Part shown: one piece after another, positions 50,987-61,885 of the stretch
Numbering within the stretch: position 1 is the first letter of the stretch
Layout of the letters: each line of letters begins with the position of its first letter
Sequence record: SRR31156797_2307
DNA: 64,000 nt
Strand: one strand, 5' to 3'
Position numbers and translations under genes: made by a program
Notes under the pieces: model-generated
What the model saw: only the letters and a program-made list of their open reading frames with translations
The model's database searches: none
Told to the model about the DNA's origin: nothing

Positions 50987-52467
50987 TAAATATGAAGGTA
51001 GTAGTAGGTTTATTGTTTCTAATATATTGCTCAATAAATAGCTCTTTTTCTCAAGAAGTTAGGACGATTACTCTTGAAGAGGCGATTAATCTAGCACAGG
51101 ACAAATCGTTAGATGCATTTATCTCGAAGCATATGTATTTGAAAAGTTATTGTGAGTTTAAAGCATATCAAGCCTCCAGAAAGCCTTGGTTAAGTCTATA
51201 TGCAGATCCTGTTATTTATAATAATTCGATTTCAAAAGTTACAGAAACTAGCGGAACTTCTCTTGTAAGATCTGAAAGTTTTGAAACTAATGGTAATATA
51301 TCATTATCACAAACAATTGCCCCAACAGGTGGAAATGTTTTCATTAATTCAAGCTTTGATAGATTACTAGATTATGAATATGATAATACGTATTATAGTT
51401 CAGTTCCTGTTTCTATTGGTTTTTCCCAACCTCTATTTCAGTTTAACAAATACAAGTGGGAAAGAAAGTTGGAACCATTAAAATTTGAGAAAGCTAAGTT
51501 GGAATATATTTCATCATCCGAGGAGTTAGCCATAAAAACAATTGGGTATTACTTTAATCTAATTGATGCAAAACTATCATACAATATTGCGTTAGGTAAT
51601 AGTGGTGCTGCTGATTCCTTATATTACAAGAGTAAAGGAAGATTTGAAAGAGGAGCAATATCTTTTAATGATCTTCAGCGTTTGGAATTAAATAAAATAA
51701 ATGCAAAAATTGTTTGTGACAAGTCTAAATTATACTTACAACAAGTAGATTTCCAATTCAAAACTTTTTTGCGACTTCCGACAGATATCAATTTAGAATT
51801 GATATTACCATTAGATATTCCAAAGATTAAAATTAATCCCCAAGAAGCACTGGAAAAGTCTTTGATAAATAACCCTATTGTAATTGGATTTAAACAATCT
51901 ATGATTCAAGCTGATCGAGAAATAGCAAAAGTTAAAGGAGATTATGGTATAACATCAACAATAACAAGTAAATTCGGATTTAGTCAATCTGGAAATTCAG
52001 TACATGAAGCATATAATGATTTGGACAAAGACAGAAGGGTGTCATTAGGATTGTATATCCCAATAATAAATTGGGGGATGAGAGATAAGCAGTTAGAATT
52101 GCGGAAATCAAATAAAGAAATAGTTACTGCGCAAATAGAAATGGACAGGATTAGTTTTGAACAAAATGTGATAATGAGTACACTAGAGTTTAATATGAAG
52201 GAATCTATTTTGGAAAGTGCTCAGAAAGCAAATATTATTTCCGAAAAGACATATACAACAACCGAAGAAAGTTTTTTATTAGGTAAATCAAATCTCGAGA
52301 CACTCTATGCTGCAAGGAATGAGAGGGATAATGCTTTAAGAGCATATTATAATTCAATCAGAGAATCTTGGAATAGTTATTATTTAATAAGGTATATTAC
52401 TTTATATGATTTTTGGGGGATGAAAAGTCTTTCAAAAGAATTTGATGACAAATTAGATATTAAATAA
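50983..52467 (+). CDS. TolC-family outer membrane efflux protein
   Basis: Signal peptide, ITLEEAI.LA, QPLFQFN..KW..KLEPL and LYIPIINWG; adjacent to the adaptor gene. Confidence 0.88.
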   Translation: MINMKVVVGLLFLIYCSINSSFSQEVRTITLEEAINLAQDKSLDAFISKHMYLKSYCEFKAYQASRKPWLSLYADPVIYNNSISKVTETSGTSLVRSESFETNGNISLSQTIAPTGGNVFINSSFDRLLDYEYDNTYYSSVPVSIGFSQPLFQFNKYKWERKLEPLKFEKAKLEYISSSEELAIKTIGYYFNLIDAKLSYNIALGNSGAADSLYYKSKGRFERGAISFNDLQRLELNKINAKIVCDKSKLYLQQVDFQFKTFLRLPTDINLELILPLDIPKIKINPQEALEKSLINNPIVIGFKQSMIQADREIAKVKGDYGITSTITSKFGFSQSGNSVHEAYNDLDKDRRVSLGLYIPIINWGMRDKQLELRKSNKEIVTAQIEMDRISFEQNVIMSTLEFNMKESILESAQKANIISEKTYTTTEESFLLGKSNLETLYAARNERDNALRAYYNSIRESWNSYYLIRYITLYDFWGMKSLSKEFDDKLDIK

Positions 52468-52615
52468 ATTATTAGAGATCCCATATCTCATGACCTGTGT
52501 ATCTATAATCCATAGATATGTAATAATCTGATCGAAACTAATAATTTCATCTTTAATTAAATACAATACAGTTGAAATAATATTTATTTCAAAATGTAAA
52601 TAATAAAATATCAGA

Positions 52616-53239
52616 ATGATAAAGACAATTAGTAAAGCAATTGAGATAATATTGATTGCAGTTTTATTAATACCTCTATTTAATTGCGACCAGCTTGATC
52701 TACAAAAATGCATTTTCTTATCGATTATAGGTTTTTTTTGTGCTGTAATACTTGTTACCAAAAGCTATTCTGTTAGTAGGTCACAATGGATGAATATTGT
52801 TATTAGTATTTTTTTTATTTTTTCTTTCGAATTGACAGAAAAGAGTAACTATATAATTGTTTGTGGATATAGCGGAGATATAAAGAGTAGTTTGCCACTT
52901 TCAACTATTTTATTGTTGTTTGCTCTATTACTTTTTATCATGAAGGTATGGTTACGTAAGGAAATGAAATACATAAAACATATCATTTCAGACACCTATT
53001 TAATAGTTGGTTTGTTATTGATCTCTCTACAACTATTAATTTTATTCATTCTGAACTTTTATTATCCAATTGGTTATAATAAGCTAATTTTATTATTAAG
53101 TCGTTTGGTTATATACGCAATAATATTCTTGCTGATTTCTGATTTATTGAAAGATGATATCAAAATTAAAAGATTTAATATTTTGCTTTTACTAAGCTCG
53201 TTGTTAACAATTATAATTTTTATATCACAAAGTTTTTAG
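52616..53239 (+). CDS. Hypothetical integral membrane protein
   Basis: 207 aa with several hydrophobic helices; ends 1 nt before the next gene. Confidence 0.55.
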   Translation: MIKTISKAIEIILIAVLLIPLFNCDQLDLQKCIFLSIIGFFCAVILVTKSYSVSRSQWMNIVISIFFIFSFELTEKSNYIIVCGYSGDIKSSLPLSTILLLFALLLFIMKVWLRKEMKYIKHIISDTYLIVGLLLISLQLLILFILNFYYPIGYNKLILLLSRLVIYAIIFLLISDLLKDDIKIKRFNILLLLSSLLTIIIFISQSF

Positions 53240-53240
53240 C

Positions 53241-54635
53241 ATGAAGCGTTTAATCCAAGGAATAGTCGATTATGGTTTAATCATTTCTTTAATAATTTTT
53301 CCAGTTTCAATAAATATTGCTTTGGTCTCTCCTAGGGATCCTATTCATCCATTACTGGCTTTAAACTTGTCAATAGCTGATTTATTAATAGGATTGCTTT
53401 TATTTTTGTGGGGATTAAAAATTGTAATATTTAAGGAATTGCGTGAAATAATTTTTCCTCCTAAACCTGTTTTAGTGTTGGTTCTTATAGTAATTCTATC
53501 ATTTGTAAATGCCAGTTCATTGGTTAATTGGGGCAAAGACACGATACAATTTATAGAATATCTCATATTTTATTATATCCTATTGCTTAATAATTTAAAT
53601 ACTCTTAATACAAAAGCATATTTAATCTTAATATATGCTCTGAGTTCTGTAGTTTTGATTATAGGATTTATACAATGGTTGGATTTTTCAGTAGATCCAT
53701 ATTTAATAAGAGGTGTATTTGAGAACCGGAATATTTTAGGAATGTATTTATGCATGATTACACCTATCTTATTTACGGGTTTTTTATCTCAAAAAAAATT
53801 AGTCAGTAAATTGGCAATTGTAATTCTACTTATCCTAATAACAATAGTAATTACTTCGGGAAGTGCAATATTCTCAATTCTAATAAGTCTTATAATTATT
53901 TCAAAAATTTATAGTAATAAATTATTATTAAGATTATCAGGGATTTTTTTAGTAATTACTATTTGCTATCCAATTGTAATGCCACGTAATAATGTAGAAT
54001 CAATAGAAGATTTTCTAACAATATTTGAGAAAGGTAGTGTAAGTGATAATTATTATAGGAGGCTTTCTTTATTAAATGGTAAAGTTAGTAATGTTCTTTT
54101 ACAAAAGAAGGTAGGAGAAAATAATTTACGAGTGTCTATTACTGATATGTTTAGCACTAAATCAAGTGAAATTCCAAAAGGAAATGCATATGAAGAATTT
54201 GAAAATACTTTACAAGTAAAGAATCGGTATTTAGAAATGCAAGCTGCACTAAATGTTATTTCTGATAATACTCTTTTAGGTTATGGAATGGGGAATTATA
54301 ATACCCACTTAGGAGATGGGTTTAGAATATTTCCTAAAATAAACACAGGAGAACCTAATCAACATAATACATATCTTTTAGTAACCTTATCAACAGGTAT
54401 TCTTGGATTAACTGTTCTAGTTTGGTTATTAGTATTTTATATTAGAAGAACATACTATTTATATAAAGCCAATCAAAACGATAAGAGATTGTTTTACTTA
54501 GGGCTTATGGCCAGTATTATCGCCTGCTCAATTGAGGCTTTTTTTTCAAATTTATTTGTTGCAGGGCTTTTTGTGCCATTGATTTTTATTCTGTTTTTGT
54601 CGTCAAAAGATCAAATTAAATATGAGAATAACTAG
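53241..54635 (+). CDS. O-antigen ligase/polymerase family (Wzy_C-like) membrane protein
   Basis: Many TM helices, RGVFENRNILG, a large loop, GYGMGNY and HNTYL...STGILG. Confidence 0.8.
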   Translation: MKRLIQGIVDYGLIISLIIFPVSINIALVSPRDPIHPLLALNLSIADLLIGLLLFLWGLKIVIFKELREIIFPPKPVLVLVLIVILSFVNASSLVNWGKDTIQFIEYLIFYYILLLNNLNTLNTKAYLILIYALSSVVLIIGFIQWLDFSVDPYLIRGVFENRNILGMYLCMITPILFTGFLSQKKLVSKLAIVILLILITIVITSGSAIFSILISLIIISKIYSNKLLLRLSGIFLVITICYPIVMPRNNVESIEDFLTIFEKGSVSDNYYRRLSLLNGKVSNVLLQKKVGENNLRVSITDMFSTKSSEIPKGNAYEEFENTLQVKNRYLEMQAALNVISDNTLLGYGMGNYNTHLGDGFRIFPKINTGEPNQHNTYLLVTLSTGILGLTVLVWLLVFYIRRTYYLYKANQNDKRLFYLGLMASIIACSIEAFFSNLFVAGLFVPLIFILFLSSKDQIKYENN

Positions 54636-56790
54636 TTTACAATCAAAATTATTACTTGTATTAACTACGATTCTAGCTTCAGCTATAATTATTTCAACTT
54701 CTATTATAACAATGGGATTGAAAGAATATATTTGGATGGAGGCAGAAGATGCAGTAGAAATAGATCCAAAACTTGAGATAAAAAGAAGCGTTGACGCTTC
54801 TGGTGAAAAATTTATTGAGAGTCAAATTCCAAGTCACTATATTGAAGCCTTTGCATCATATAAATTTAATACATTACACTCTGGAAATTATAAGACCTGG
54901 ATAAGAGCATATTGGCCTGGAGGGTGTAGTAATGCTTATCAAATAAAATGTGATGATTCTGGAAGACAAATTATTGGTAATGATAATATGATATTTTTGT
55001 GGCATTGGGTACCAGGTCCAACATACTCTTTTAATTCTGGAGATCATGAATTAGTAATATGGAATGATGAATATAATGCTAAAATTGATAAAATTTTAGT
55101 TACATCGGATTTATATTATACTCCAACAGGACTAGGTGATATTTATGATAATTTTAATATTGATTTTGAAAATGGTATTCCAAATATTATTCAAACTCTA
55201 ACTCCTTCAATATGGCATTTGGATTCAATAAATCGAAATAAGACCCTATATCTTCAAAGAATAGAGGGTGGAAATACAGAAGTATCAATTTTTGATTTAT
55301 GTGCTGTAAAAAAAGGGGCTTTTTCATTTATAGTGGAAAAGGATTCTATTGATATCAATACAGAAGTATCTTTGTTTTATAATTATATAAATAAAGAAAA
55401 CTATAATCGGTTAAGCATAGGAGATAGTGATATAAGATTTATAGAAAATGTAAATAATAAAGAAAGAGTATTACAAATTGTACACTGTGAAGACAATTTG
55501 TCAAAAAGCAATATGAATAAATATATGACAGTATTTGAAGATTCAGTTATATATCTAAAGAAAAATGGAAGGAACATTGCTAAGAGAGATTTTATTCCTT
55601 TAAATAATGGAAAGTTAGGATTAGGATCTACAACAGGAGGAATACATGTAGACGCTTTGTTATTTGAAAATGATTTGTCGGCTCAATTAAGGGAGAATTT
55701 CTTTTGGGTTTGGACAAACGATTTGATGCAAGGTAGAAATACTTTATTTAAATGGTATGTCGAAAAAGGGCATTGGGAGTCACATATTGGCTCAAAGATT
55801 AAGTCTTTAGAAGGAAATACAACTAAAGGCAAAGAAGCGTTAATTACGACAGGAAAGGAATACTGGAAGAATTACAATTTTACATCTGCAGTAAATACAT
55901 CAGGAGAGGCAGGAATCTGTTTTAATTTACAAGATAAGAATAACTATTACTTGTGTAAATTAGTAACTAATAAAAACAATAATGGAGAATTACAATTATT
56001 AAAAGTTATAGACAACATTTCAACTGTTTTAGGATGTGAGGCTGTAAATATATGCAAGGATGAATGGAATAAGCTTACTGTTCAAACAAATAAAAATGAA
56101 ATTGAAGCTATCCTAAATGATAGGTCAATTCTTACTTGTAAGGATGAAAAGTTTCAAGATGGTAGAATCGGTTTTTGGTGTTTAGGCAATGATACCATTA
56201 GCTTATTTGATGATATTAAAATAAGCCCAATCCAGAAGAGTTTTAATGAAAAAAGTGATTATAAGTTTGATCGAACCTATGAATTTGAGGAGAGAACAAA
56301 AATAGCCATAGATTTTTGCGATTGGAAAAATTCAAGCAAGATCTTTATTAAAAAAGAATCACCTAAAATATATAAACACCTATTAAAAGATGTTCAACTT
56401 ATAAATAGGAAAACTTTTAATGGGGATTTTATTCTTTCATATAAACAGGTAAATCAATTGCCTGATGATATTGATTCTAATATATTACTAGAGATAGATA
56501 AAGGAGAGAAAGTGGACATATATAAAGTCGTTATAAGTAATGAGAAAATACTATTAATACGAAATACTGAAATAATAGAATCCGTTGAAATAAACTTAAA
56601 ACGTAAAAGTTATAAAGTCCAATGTATTGAGGGTAAATTAAATTTATTCATTGATAATATATGCTATCTGAATTTTCCATTGGAATTGGGAGAGTACTTT
56701 TATAAACTAGGATTTGGATTTGAAGGAATTGGGAAAGGGTATTTTGCGCCATATGAAGTAAAAGTAAAAGCAAAGAATTACAAAAATTAG
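54622..56790 (+). CDS. Membrane-anchored beta-sandwich protein (CBM-like plus LamG/DUF1080-like domains)
   Basis: N-terminal TM helix; WMEAEDA...ASG...G.Y..W.R CBM-like start; W.NY.F...G.AGI.F...NYY...W..L...G.IG....FDDI pattern. Confidence 0.5.
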   Translation: MRITSLQSKLLLVLTTILASAIIISTSIITMGLKEYIWMEAEDAVEIDPKLEIKRSVDASGEKFIESQIPSHYIEAFASYKFNTLHSGNYKTWIRAYWPGGCSNAYQIKCDDSGRQIIGNDNMIFLWHWVPGPTYSFNSGDHELVIWNDEYNAKIDKILVTSDLYYTPTGLGDIYDNFNIDFENGIPNIIQTLTPSIWHLDSINRNKTLYLQRIEGGNTEVSIFDLCAVKKGAFSFIVEKDSIDINTEVSLFYNYINKENYNRLSIGDSDIRFIENVNNKERVLQIVHCEDNLSKSNMNKYMTVFEDSVIYLKKNGRNIAKRDFIPLNNGKLGLGSTTGGIHVDALLFENDLSAQLRENFFWVWTNDLMQGRNTLFKWYVEKGHWESHIGSKIKSLEGNTTKGKEALITTGKEYWKNYNFTSAVNTSGEAGICFNLQDKNNYYLCKLVTNKNNNGELQLLKVIDNISTVLGCEAVNICKDEWNKLTVQTNKNEIEAILNDRSILTCKDEKFQDGRIGFWCLGNDTISLFDDIKISPIQKSFNEKSDYKFDRTYEFEERTKIAIDFCDWKNSSKIFIKKESPKIYKHLLKDVQLINRKTFNGDFILSYKQVNQLPDDIDSNILLEIDKGEKVDIYKVVISNEKILLIRNTEIIESVEINLKRKSYKVQCIEGKLNLFIDNICYLNFPLELGEYFYKLGFGFEGIGKGYFAPYEVKVKAKNYKN

Positions 56791-56834
56791 TTAAACCTTG
56801 ATTTTTAATTAGAAATATAGATTAAGATAATAAT

Positions 56835-58766
56835 ATGCTATTAAGGAAATTATATATATTTTTTTTTGTTGCTTTTTCATTATGGTCTTGTGTTGAGAAA
56901 AGAAAAGCAAATGATAAAGAATTTATTAAAATTGGTAATTATACAGTAACTAAAAGTCAATTTCTTCAAAAATGGAATGAATCTGACCGAATTAACAGCA
57001 AGCAGATTCTTTTTGATAATTATATTAGTACTGGTATCTTAATAAATAATTTGTATCGAATATATGAAAATGAAGATGAATTTAATATGATTATCAATCA
57101 TAGCGAATTAGAAAGTCAGATTAAGGTTATAAAGAAACGATTATTAGATGACGAGAACCTAAAAATTAATGATATAAAAACTACCTACTCTACATCAAAA
57201 AATAAGATACTTCGTATCGATTATATCATGATTCCATCAGATAAACAAGATTTATACAATGATATACTAAATCTTAGTAATGCAGGGAGTACAATTTGGC
57301 AAATTGTAAATATGTCATCAGCTGACAAGTGGAAGAATGAAGGTGCAGTTTTCGTAACTCCAGCGATTGTTTATCCAGGATATTTTTTACCAAATATCGC
57401 GGAAAAAGTATACAATATGAAAAGAGGAGACAAACTAGTTCTTGAAACAAAATCACATAATTATATAATAGAAAATCTTCAGATTTACAAGTCGAATAAC
57501 TTACACGAATTATTTATTGAAAAGAAAGTACGAAATAATTTAAATATAGCTAATGCCATTAAAACAGGTAAACTACTTTACCCAGATAGTTATATTTTAA
57601 AAAATATTAAGATTGACGACAGAATATTATCATCTTTGGATTTTTCTTTAAGTCCTCTTAAAGAAAGTTCTTCAAATCAAGATCTCATTGCAATTGTAGG
57701 TAGGGATTCAATATCTAAAGAGGACTTTTTAGATAAGGTTTTATCATTGCCATTTGATATTCAATTACTATTTAGCAATAAAACAAGCTGTAAAAAAGCT
57801 TCAATTGCTCTTTTAAAGAATATGTTTGAAAATAGGGTTGCTCAAGTCTCAACAAATGTTAGTTTAAAAGATGAAGTCTTGGAGCAAGTAAAGCTTAAAC
57901 TCAACAAATCAGAGAATAAAGATACAATTGCCATAATAGATGAGTGGGTAAATAGTCATTGGTTAAAGCCTCCTCCAGAATATGAAACAAAAAATGTTGT
58001 TATAAACTTTAATAAGATAGATACATTACTAATTCCCATAAGTAAAAATTATTTAAAACAAACACTAGCAAGAAGTAAGAATTGGGAATTAACAATGGCT
58101 CAATTTCAAAAGATTTTTGATGGTTTATCAGAAATATCTAAACAAGAAGTTCTGTTAAATAATAATTCTCAAAAATTGATTAATTATCTAATTCCATCAG
58201 ACATTGATCGTCGAGATATTGTTTTTAACAATAAACTATTGAAACAATTCGTTAAAATTAATTCAGATATCTTAGGTTCAAGAAATGGTTTTTTTAGTGA
58301 ATCAGACACGATTGCAGAGTTTGGTGGTGTAATTTTCACGGTAGGTGATTTAAGGTGGAAAATTTACAATTTGCCTGAAGATTTAAGGACTGATTTTTAT
58401 GATGAAAAGAAAAAAAGTAGTGCTTTAAGAAAATTGGTATTAAATGAATACTGGTTAAATATAGGAAAATCACAAGGTTTTTATGATAATCCAGAATTTC
58501 TTACTCAGGTTAACTGTGAAATGAAAAATATTTTAGTAAAGGTATTGTATGAACATTTTATAAGGCTTGATCAAATTAATGTAAGTGATGAAGCTATCAA
58601 TTTATATTTACGGAGATCTATTGACGTAACAAATCAGCAACATTTAAAAGATTTTTTACTTAATGATACTTCTTCAATAAGTATAGATAAGGAGGTTGTG
58701 GATAATCTGGGAATTAATTATGCTAAGTCAGTATTTCTAAATAAGATTAAACTATATGAAAATTAA
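56835..58766 (+). CDS. Lipoprotein with repeated SurA/PrsA N-terminal-like segments
   Basis: Lipobox-like SLWSC; repeated motifs FIKIGNYTVTKSQF, IAIVGRDSISKEDF, LARSKNWELTMAQF and IAEFGGVIFTVGDL; G..DNPEF. Confidence 0.5.
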   Translation: MLLRKLYIFFFVAFSLWSCVEKRKANDKEFIKIGNYTVTKSQFLQKWNESDRINSKQILFDNYISTGILINNLYRIYENEDEFNMIINHSELESQIKVIKKRLLDDENLKINDIKTTYSTSKNKILRIDYIMIPSDKQDLYNDILNLSNAGSTIWQIVNMSSADKWKNEGAVFVTPAIVYPGYFLPNIAEKVYNMKRGDKLVLETKSHNYIIENLQIYKSNNLHELFIEKKVRNNLNIANAIKTGKLLYPDSYILKNIKIDDRILSSLDFSLSPLKESSSNQDLIAIVGRDSISKEDFLDKVLSLPFDIQLLFSNKTSCKKASIALLKNMFENRVAQVSTNVSLKDEVLEQVKLKLNKSENKDTIAIIDEWVNSHWLKPPPEYETKNVVINFNKIDTLLIPISKNYLKQTLARSKNWELTMAQFQKIFDGLSEISKQEVLLNNNSQKLINYLIPSDIDRRDIVFNNKLLKQFVKINSDILGSRNGFFSESDTIAEFGGVIFTVGDLRWKIYNLPEDLRTDFYDEKKKSSALRKLVLNEYWLNIGKSQGFYDNPEFLTQVNCEMKNILVKVLYEHFIRLDQINVSDEAINLYLRRSIDVTNQQHLKDFLLNDTSSISIDKEVVDNLGINYAKSVFLNKIKLYEN

Positions 58767-59583
58767 GAATATGAAGATAGGAATTTTCTGCTTATTTTAT
58801 TTATTAGCTTTCAATTATACATATGGCCAGTTTCATGCAGTACATATACCTGATGATCTTTTATCTTCAGTGATTATTGATGGAGATACTACGGATTGGA
58901 ATTGGGTTCCAGAGAAGTATTTTATTTATGGAGAAGATTTAATTAATGTTGCTCCAGAATCTCAGAATCCAAATATTATGAATTGTAAGGTTATTATCGG
59001 ATGGAATGACGTTTCTAATAAGTTATATATATTGGCTCATATATTTGATGATATAAATATCACCAAATCGCCCGTTTTTTGGCAAAACGATATTATACAA
59101 TTTGCATTATGTCCATTAAATATGGAAGGATATTATGGAAATGGTTCGAATACATTTAATAATGTAATATCTGGGCGTTTTGTAGATATCGTTTCAGAGA
59201 ATAGAAAAGGTCTTCAAATTGGTCATGGTCCCAAATGGTTAATAAATGAAAATGGTCATATAAATTGGCGTTATAAAAAAATAGTACATCAGGAGAGTCC
59301 ATATTTTGAATATATATATGAGATATCTATGTCACTTTGGGATAAGTGGGATGAATTTTCTGCACAAGAAAGTAATAGATGCAATTTAGTTCCCAATAAG
59401 GCCTTTTGGCTTAACTTAATAATTAATGATGCAGATACTATCAATATGAGAAAAGCGGAGTGGACTTTCTCAGATGATTTTAATTGGTGGAATAGAGTAA
59501 TTGATTACCCAAGGTGTATATTGGATCCGGCTATTTGTAATAGTATATCATGGGATGGTGTTGAGTATATTATAGAGGATTAG
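58756..59583 (+). CDS. Secreted CBM9/DOMON-like carbohydrate-binding protein
   Basis: Signal peptide, IDGDTTDW, W....LY....DD, YEI and INDAD pattern. Confidence 0.5.
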   Translation: MKIKNMKIGIFCLFYLLAFNYTYGQFHAVHIPDDLLSSVIIDGDTTDWNWVPEKYFIYGEDLINVAPESQNPNIMNCKVIIGWNDVSNKLYILAHIFDDINITKSPVFWQNDIIQFALCPLNMEGYYGNGSNTFNNVISGRFVDIVSENRKGLQIGHGPKWLINENGHINWRYKKIVHQESPYFEYIYEISMSLWDKWDEFSAQESNRCNLVPNKAFWLNLIINDADTINMRKAEWTFSDDFNWWNRVIDYPRCILDPAICNSISWDGVEYIIED

Positions 59584-59635
59584 TAAATCTTATCAATTTA
59601 AAAGCTGTTTTACCTAACAAATTGATAAGTAAACC

Positions 59636-60760
59636 TTGAGAAAGAATATCTTAATTATTTCAAATTCTATTAGGTATAGTGGGGCAGAAAAGAGTTTATT
59701 GGATTTATTGTTAAGTACACATATGTGTCAGTATAACTTCTTTGTTATAATCCCGAATAAGGCAACCTATATAAGCTTATTTCCAAGTTCATGCATTATT
59801 CTCAAACTTCCATTATTATTTTTTCAAAGATCATATAATCCGGTTCTTTGGTTTATTTATTTGATAAATATACCTTATGTAATCATACGAATGCTATTTA
59901 TTATAAAACGCTATAAAATTGATATTATATATTCAAATACAATAAAGGCGGCTATTTATGGTACATTATCTGCTTTATTCTCAAAAAGAAAGAGTATATG
60001 GCATGTTAGGGATAATAATAATAGTATAGTAGAACAGGCTTTAGCTTCTTTGAATCATAAATTGATTTGTATCTCTCATTATATTTATAGACAGCTACGT
60101 GTAGAGAAGGCAAAAAAAACATTAATTTATGGCGGGATTGATACAGAGACCTGGAATTGTAATCTATTTAAGGATCATTTGACTAGCGGTACTGAAAACA
60201 GTAAGGTAAATGGAAAATTAGTTGTAAATATCAGTCAAATTACTCCATGGAAAAATCAGATAGATTTTATTCGAGCTGCAAGGAAAATAAAAGATGAATA
60301 CTCAGATGTGCATTTTCTAATTATAGGGGACGTATTAAATAGTAAAGATTTGGATTATAAAATCCAAATTCAAAAGGAGATATTGAAATTTGATTTGCAA
60401 AATGATGTTAAAATGATTGGTTTTAGAGCGGATATCATGGCAATCGTTTCTAAAGCGGATATAGTTATCCATCCTGCATTAGGAGAGCCTTTAGGTAGAG
60501 TTGTATTAGAGGCTATGTCAATGAAAAAGCCTGTGGTAGCATACGATTGTGGAGGGCCAAAAGAAATAATTATTAATGGAAAGACAGGTTATCTTGTTGA
60601 AGAAAGAAATTCTAATCAATTAGCACAAATGGCTATTAAACTTTTAAACGATTCCAACTTAGCAGATGAGATGGGGAAGTGGGGAAGACAAAGAATTGTA
60701 GAACTATTTGATATAAAAAACAATATTAATTCCATAATGACAACTCTGGATAACTTGTAG
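59636..60760 (+). CDS. Glycosyltransferase family 4
   Basis: GAEKS, WKNQ, EPLGRVVLEAM..KPVV...GG..EII..G.TG. Confidence 0.92.
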   Translation: MRKNILIISNSIRYSGAEKSLLDLLLSTHMCQYNFFVIIPNKATYISLFPSSCIILKLPLLFFQRSYNPVLWFIYLINIPYVIIRMLFIIKRYKIDIIYSNTIKAAIYGTLSALFSKRKSIWHVRDNNNSIVEQALASLNHKLICISHYIYRQLRVEKAKKTLIYGGIDTETWNCNLFKDHLTSGTENSKVNGKLVVNISQITPWKNQIDFIRAARKIKDEYSDVHFLIIGDVLNSKDLDYKIQIQKEILKFDLQNDVKMIGFRADIMAIVSKADIVIHPALGEPLGRVVLEAMSMKKPVVAYDCGGPKEIIINGKTGYLVEERNSNQLAQMAIKLLNDSNLADEMGKWGRQRIVELFDIKNNINSIMTTLDNL

Positions 60761-60796
60761 TATCAATCTTAAAGTAATTATTTTTCTTATTTGTAA

Positions 60797-61885
60797 ATGA
60801 AAGTATTGTTAAATGGATCTCAATTATGCGACACTAATTCAGGTGTACAATATTACTGTAAGCATCTTTTTAATTCATTCCAAAATTTAAATGAACAAGG
60901 TATAACGATTAATTTGTATAGGAGAACCTTAATTGAAAAACATAAGTATTTGTTTCGATTAATTAATAATAGTCGGATATTAAGAATAGTTAAAGAAAAT
61001 TTGTCATTACCTATTTTTTTGAAAAGAAATCGTTTTGATTTATATCATTCACCTAATTATGTTCTTCCGTTGTATTGTAGAATAAATTCTGTTGTTACTG
61101 TCCACGATCTAATTACATTTGATTTTCCTAGATATTGCAAAATAGAATCTGTAATTTATTTTAGATTATTTCTTCCAATTAGTTTAAAGAAGGCCAATAC
61201 AGTAATAGTTGTGTCTAATAAAACAAAGCAAGACATTTTAAAAAGGTTTAAAATATCAGGAGAGAAAATTGAAGTTGTCCACCTAGGTATTTCCTCAATT
61301 TATAGGAAAGTAATAAAGCCAAGTATATTAACAAAATATGATATTCCTTCAAAGTATATTCTCTTTGTTGGAAATATAGAGCCTAAAAAGAATTTAGTAA
61401 GATTGATTAATGCATATTACAAAATTTACTTAAAAAGAGAAATTACTCACAAACTTGTAATTGTAGGAAAAAGAGGTTGGAAATGTAACGATGTATTTAA
61501 AACTGTTAAAGATCTTAAGCTTGAAAATTATGTGATTTTTACAGGGTATATTCCAGAAAGAGATATGCCTGTATTATATTCTATGGCTGATTTATTTGCT
61601 TTCCCTTCTTTATATGAAGGTTTTGGTATTCCTCCGTTAGAAGCAATGGCATGCGAAACTCCGGTCCTTACATCAAATGCCGGTGCATTACCTGAAACTA
61701 CAGGAGGAAATTGTTTAATGGTTGATCCATATAATATAGATCAAATTGCAGATGGCATATACGCTTTATTAACAAATAATAAAATACGAATGGAATATAT
61801 TGAAAAGGGAAAGATGTGGTCATTGAAATTTGATTGGAAGAAAACGGCAAAAAATACATTGGATATCTATAAAAAAGTTAAATAA
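60797..61885 (+). CDS. Glycosyltransferase family 4 (mannosyltransferase-like)
   Basis: VTVHDL, VGNIEPKKN and FPSLYEGFGIPPLEAMAC. Confidence 0.93.
   Translation: MKVLLNGSQLCDTNSGVQYYCKHLFNSFQNLNEQGITINLYRRTLIEKHKYLFRLINNSRILRIVKENLSLPIFLKRNRFDLYHSPNYVLPLYCRINSVVTVHDLITFDFPRYCKIESVIYFRLFLPISLKKANTVIVVSNKTKQDILKRFKISGEKIEVVHLGISSIYRKVIKPSILTKYDIPSKYILFVGNIEPKKNLVRLINAYYKIYLKREITHKLVIVGKRGWKCNDVFKTVKDLKLENYVIFTGYIPERDMPVLYSMADLFAFPSLYEGFGIPPLEAMACETPVLTSNAGALPETTGGNCLMVDPYNIDQIADGIYALLTNNKIRMEYIEKGKMWSLKFDWKKTAKNTLDIYKKVK

Noticed and set aside
1446-57456. Numerous short minus-strand and alternate-frame ORFs in the track (e.g. 2104..2316, 25822..26115, 49125..49493, 52453..52761)
   Set aside because: They overlap well-supported + strand genes and show no recognisable motifs; treated as shadow ORFs.
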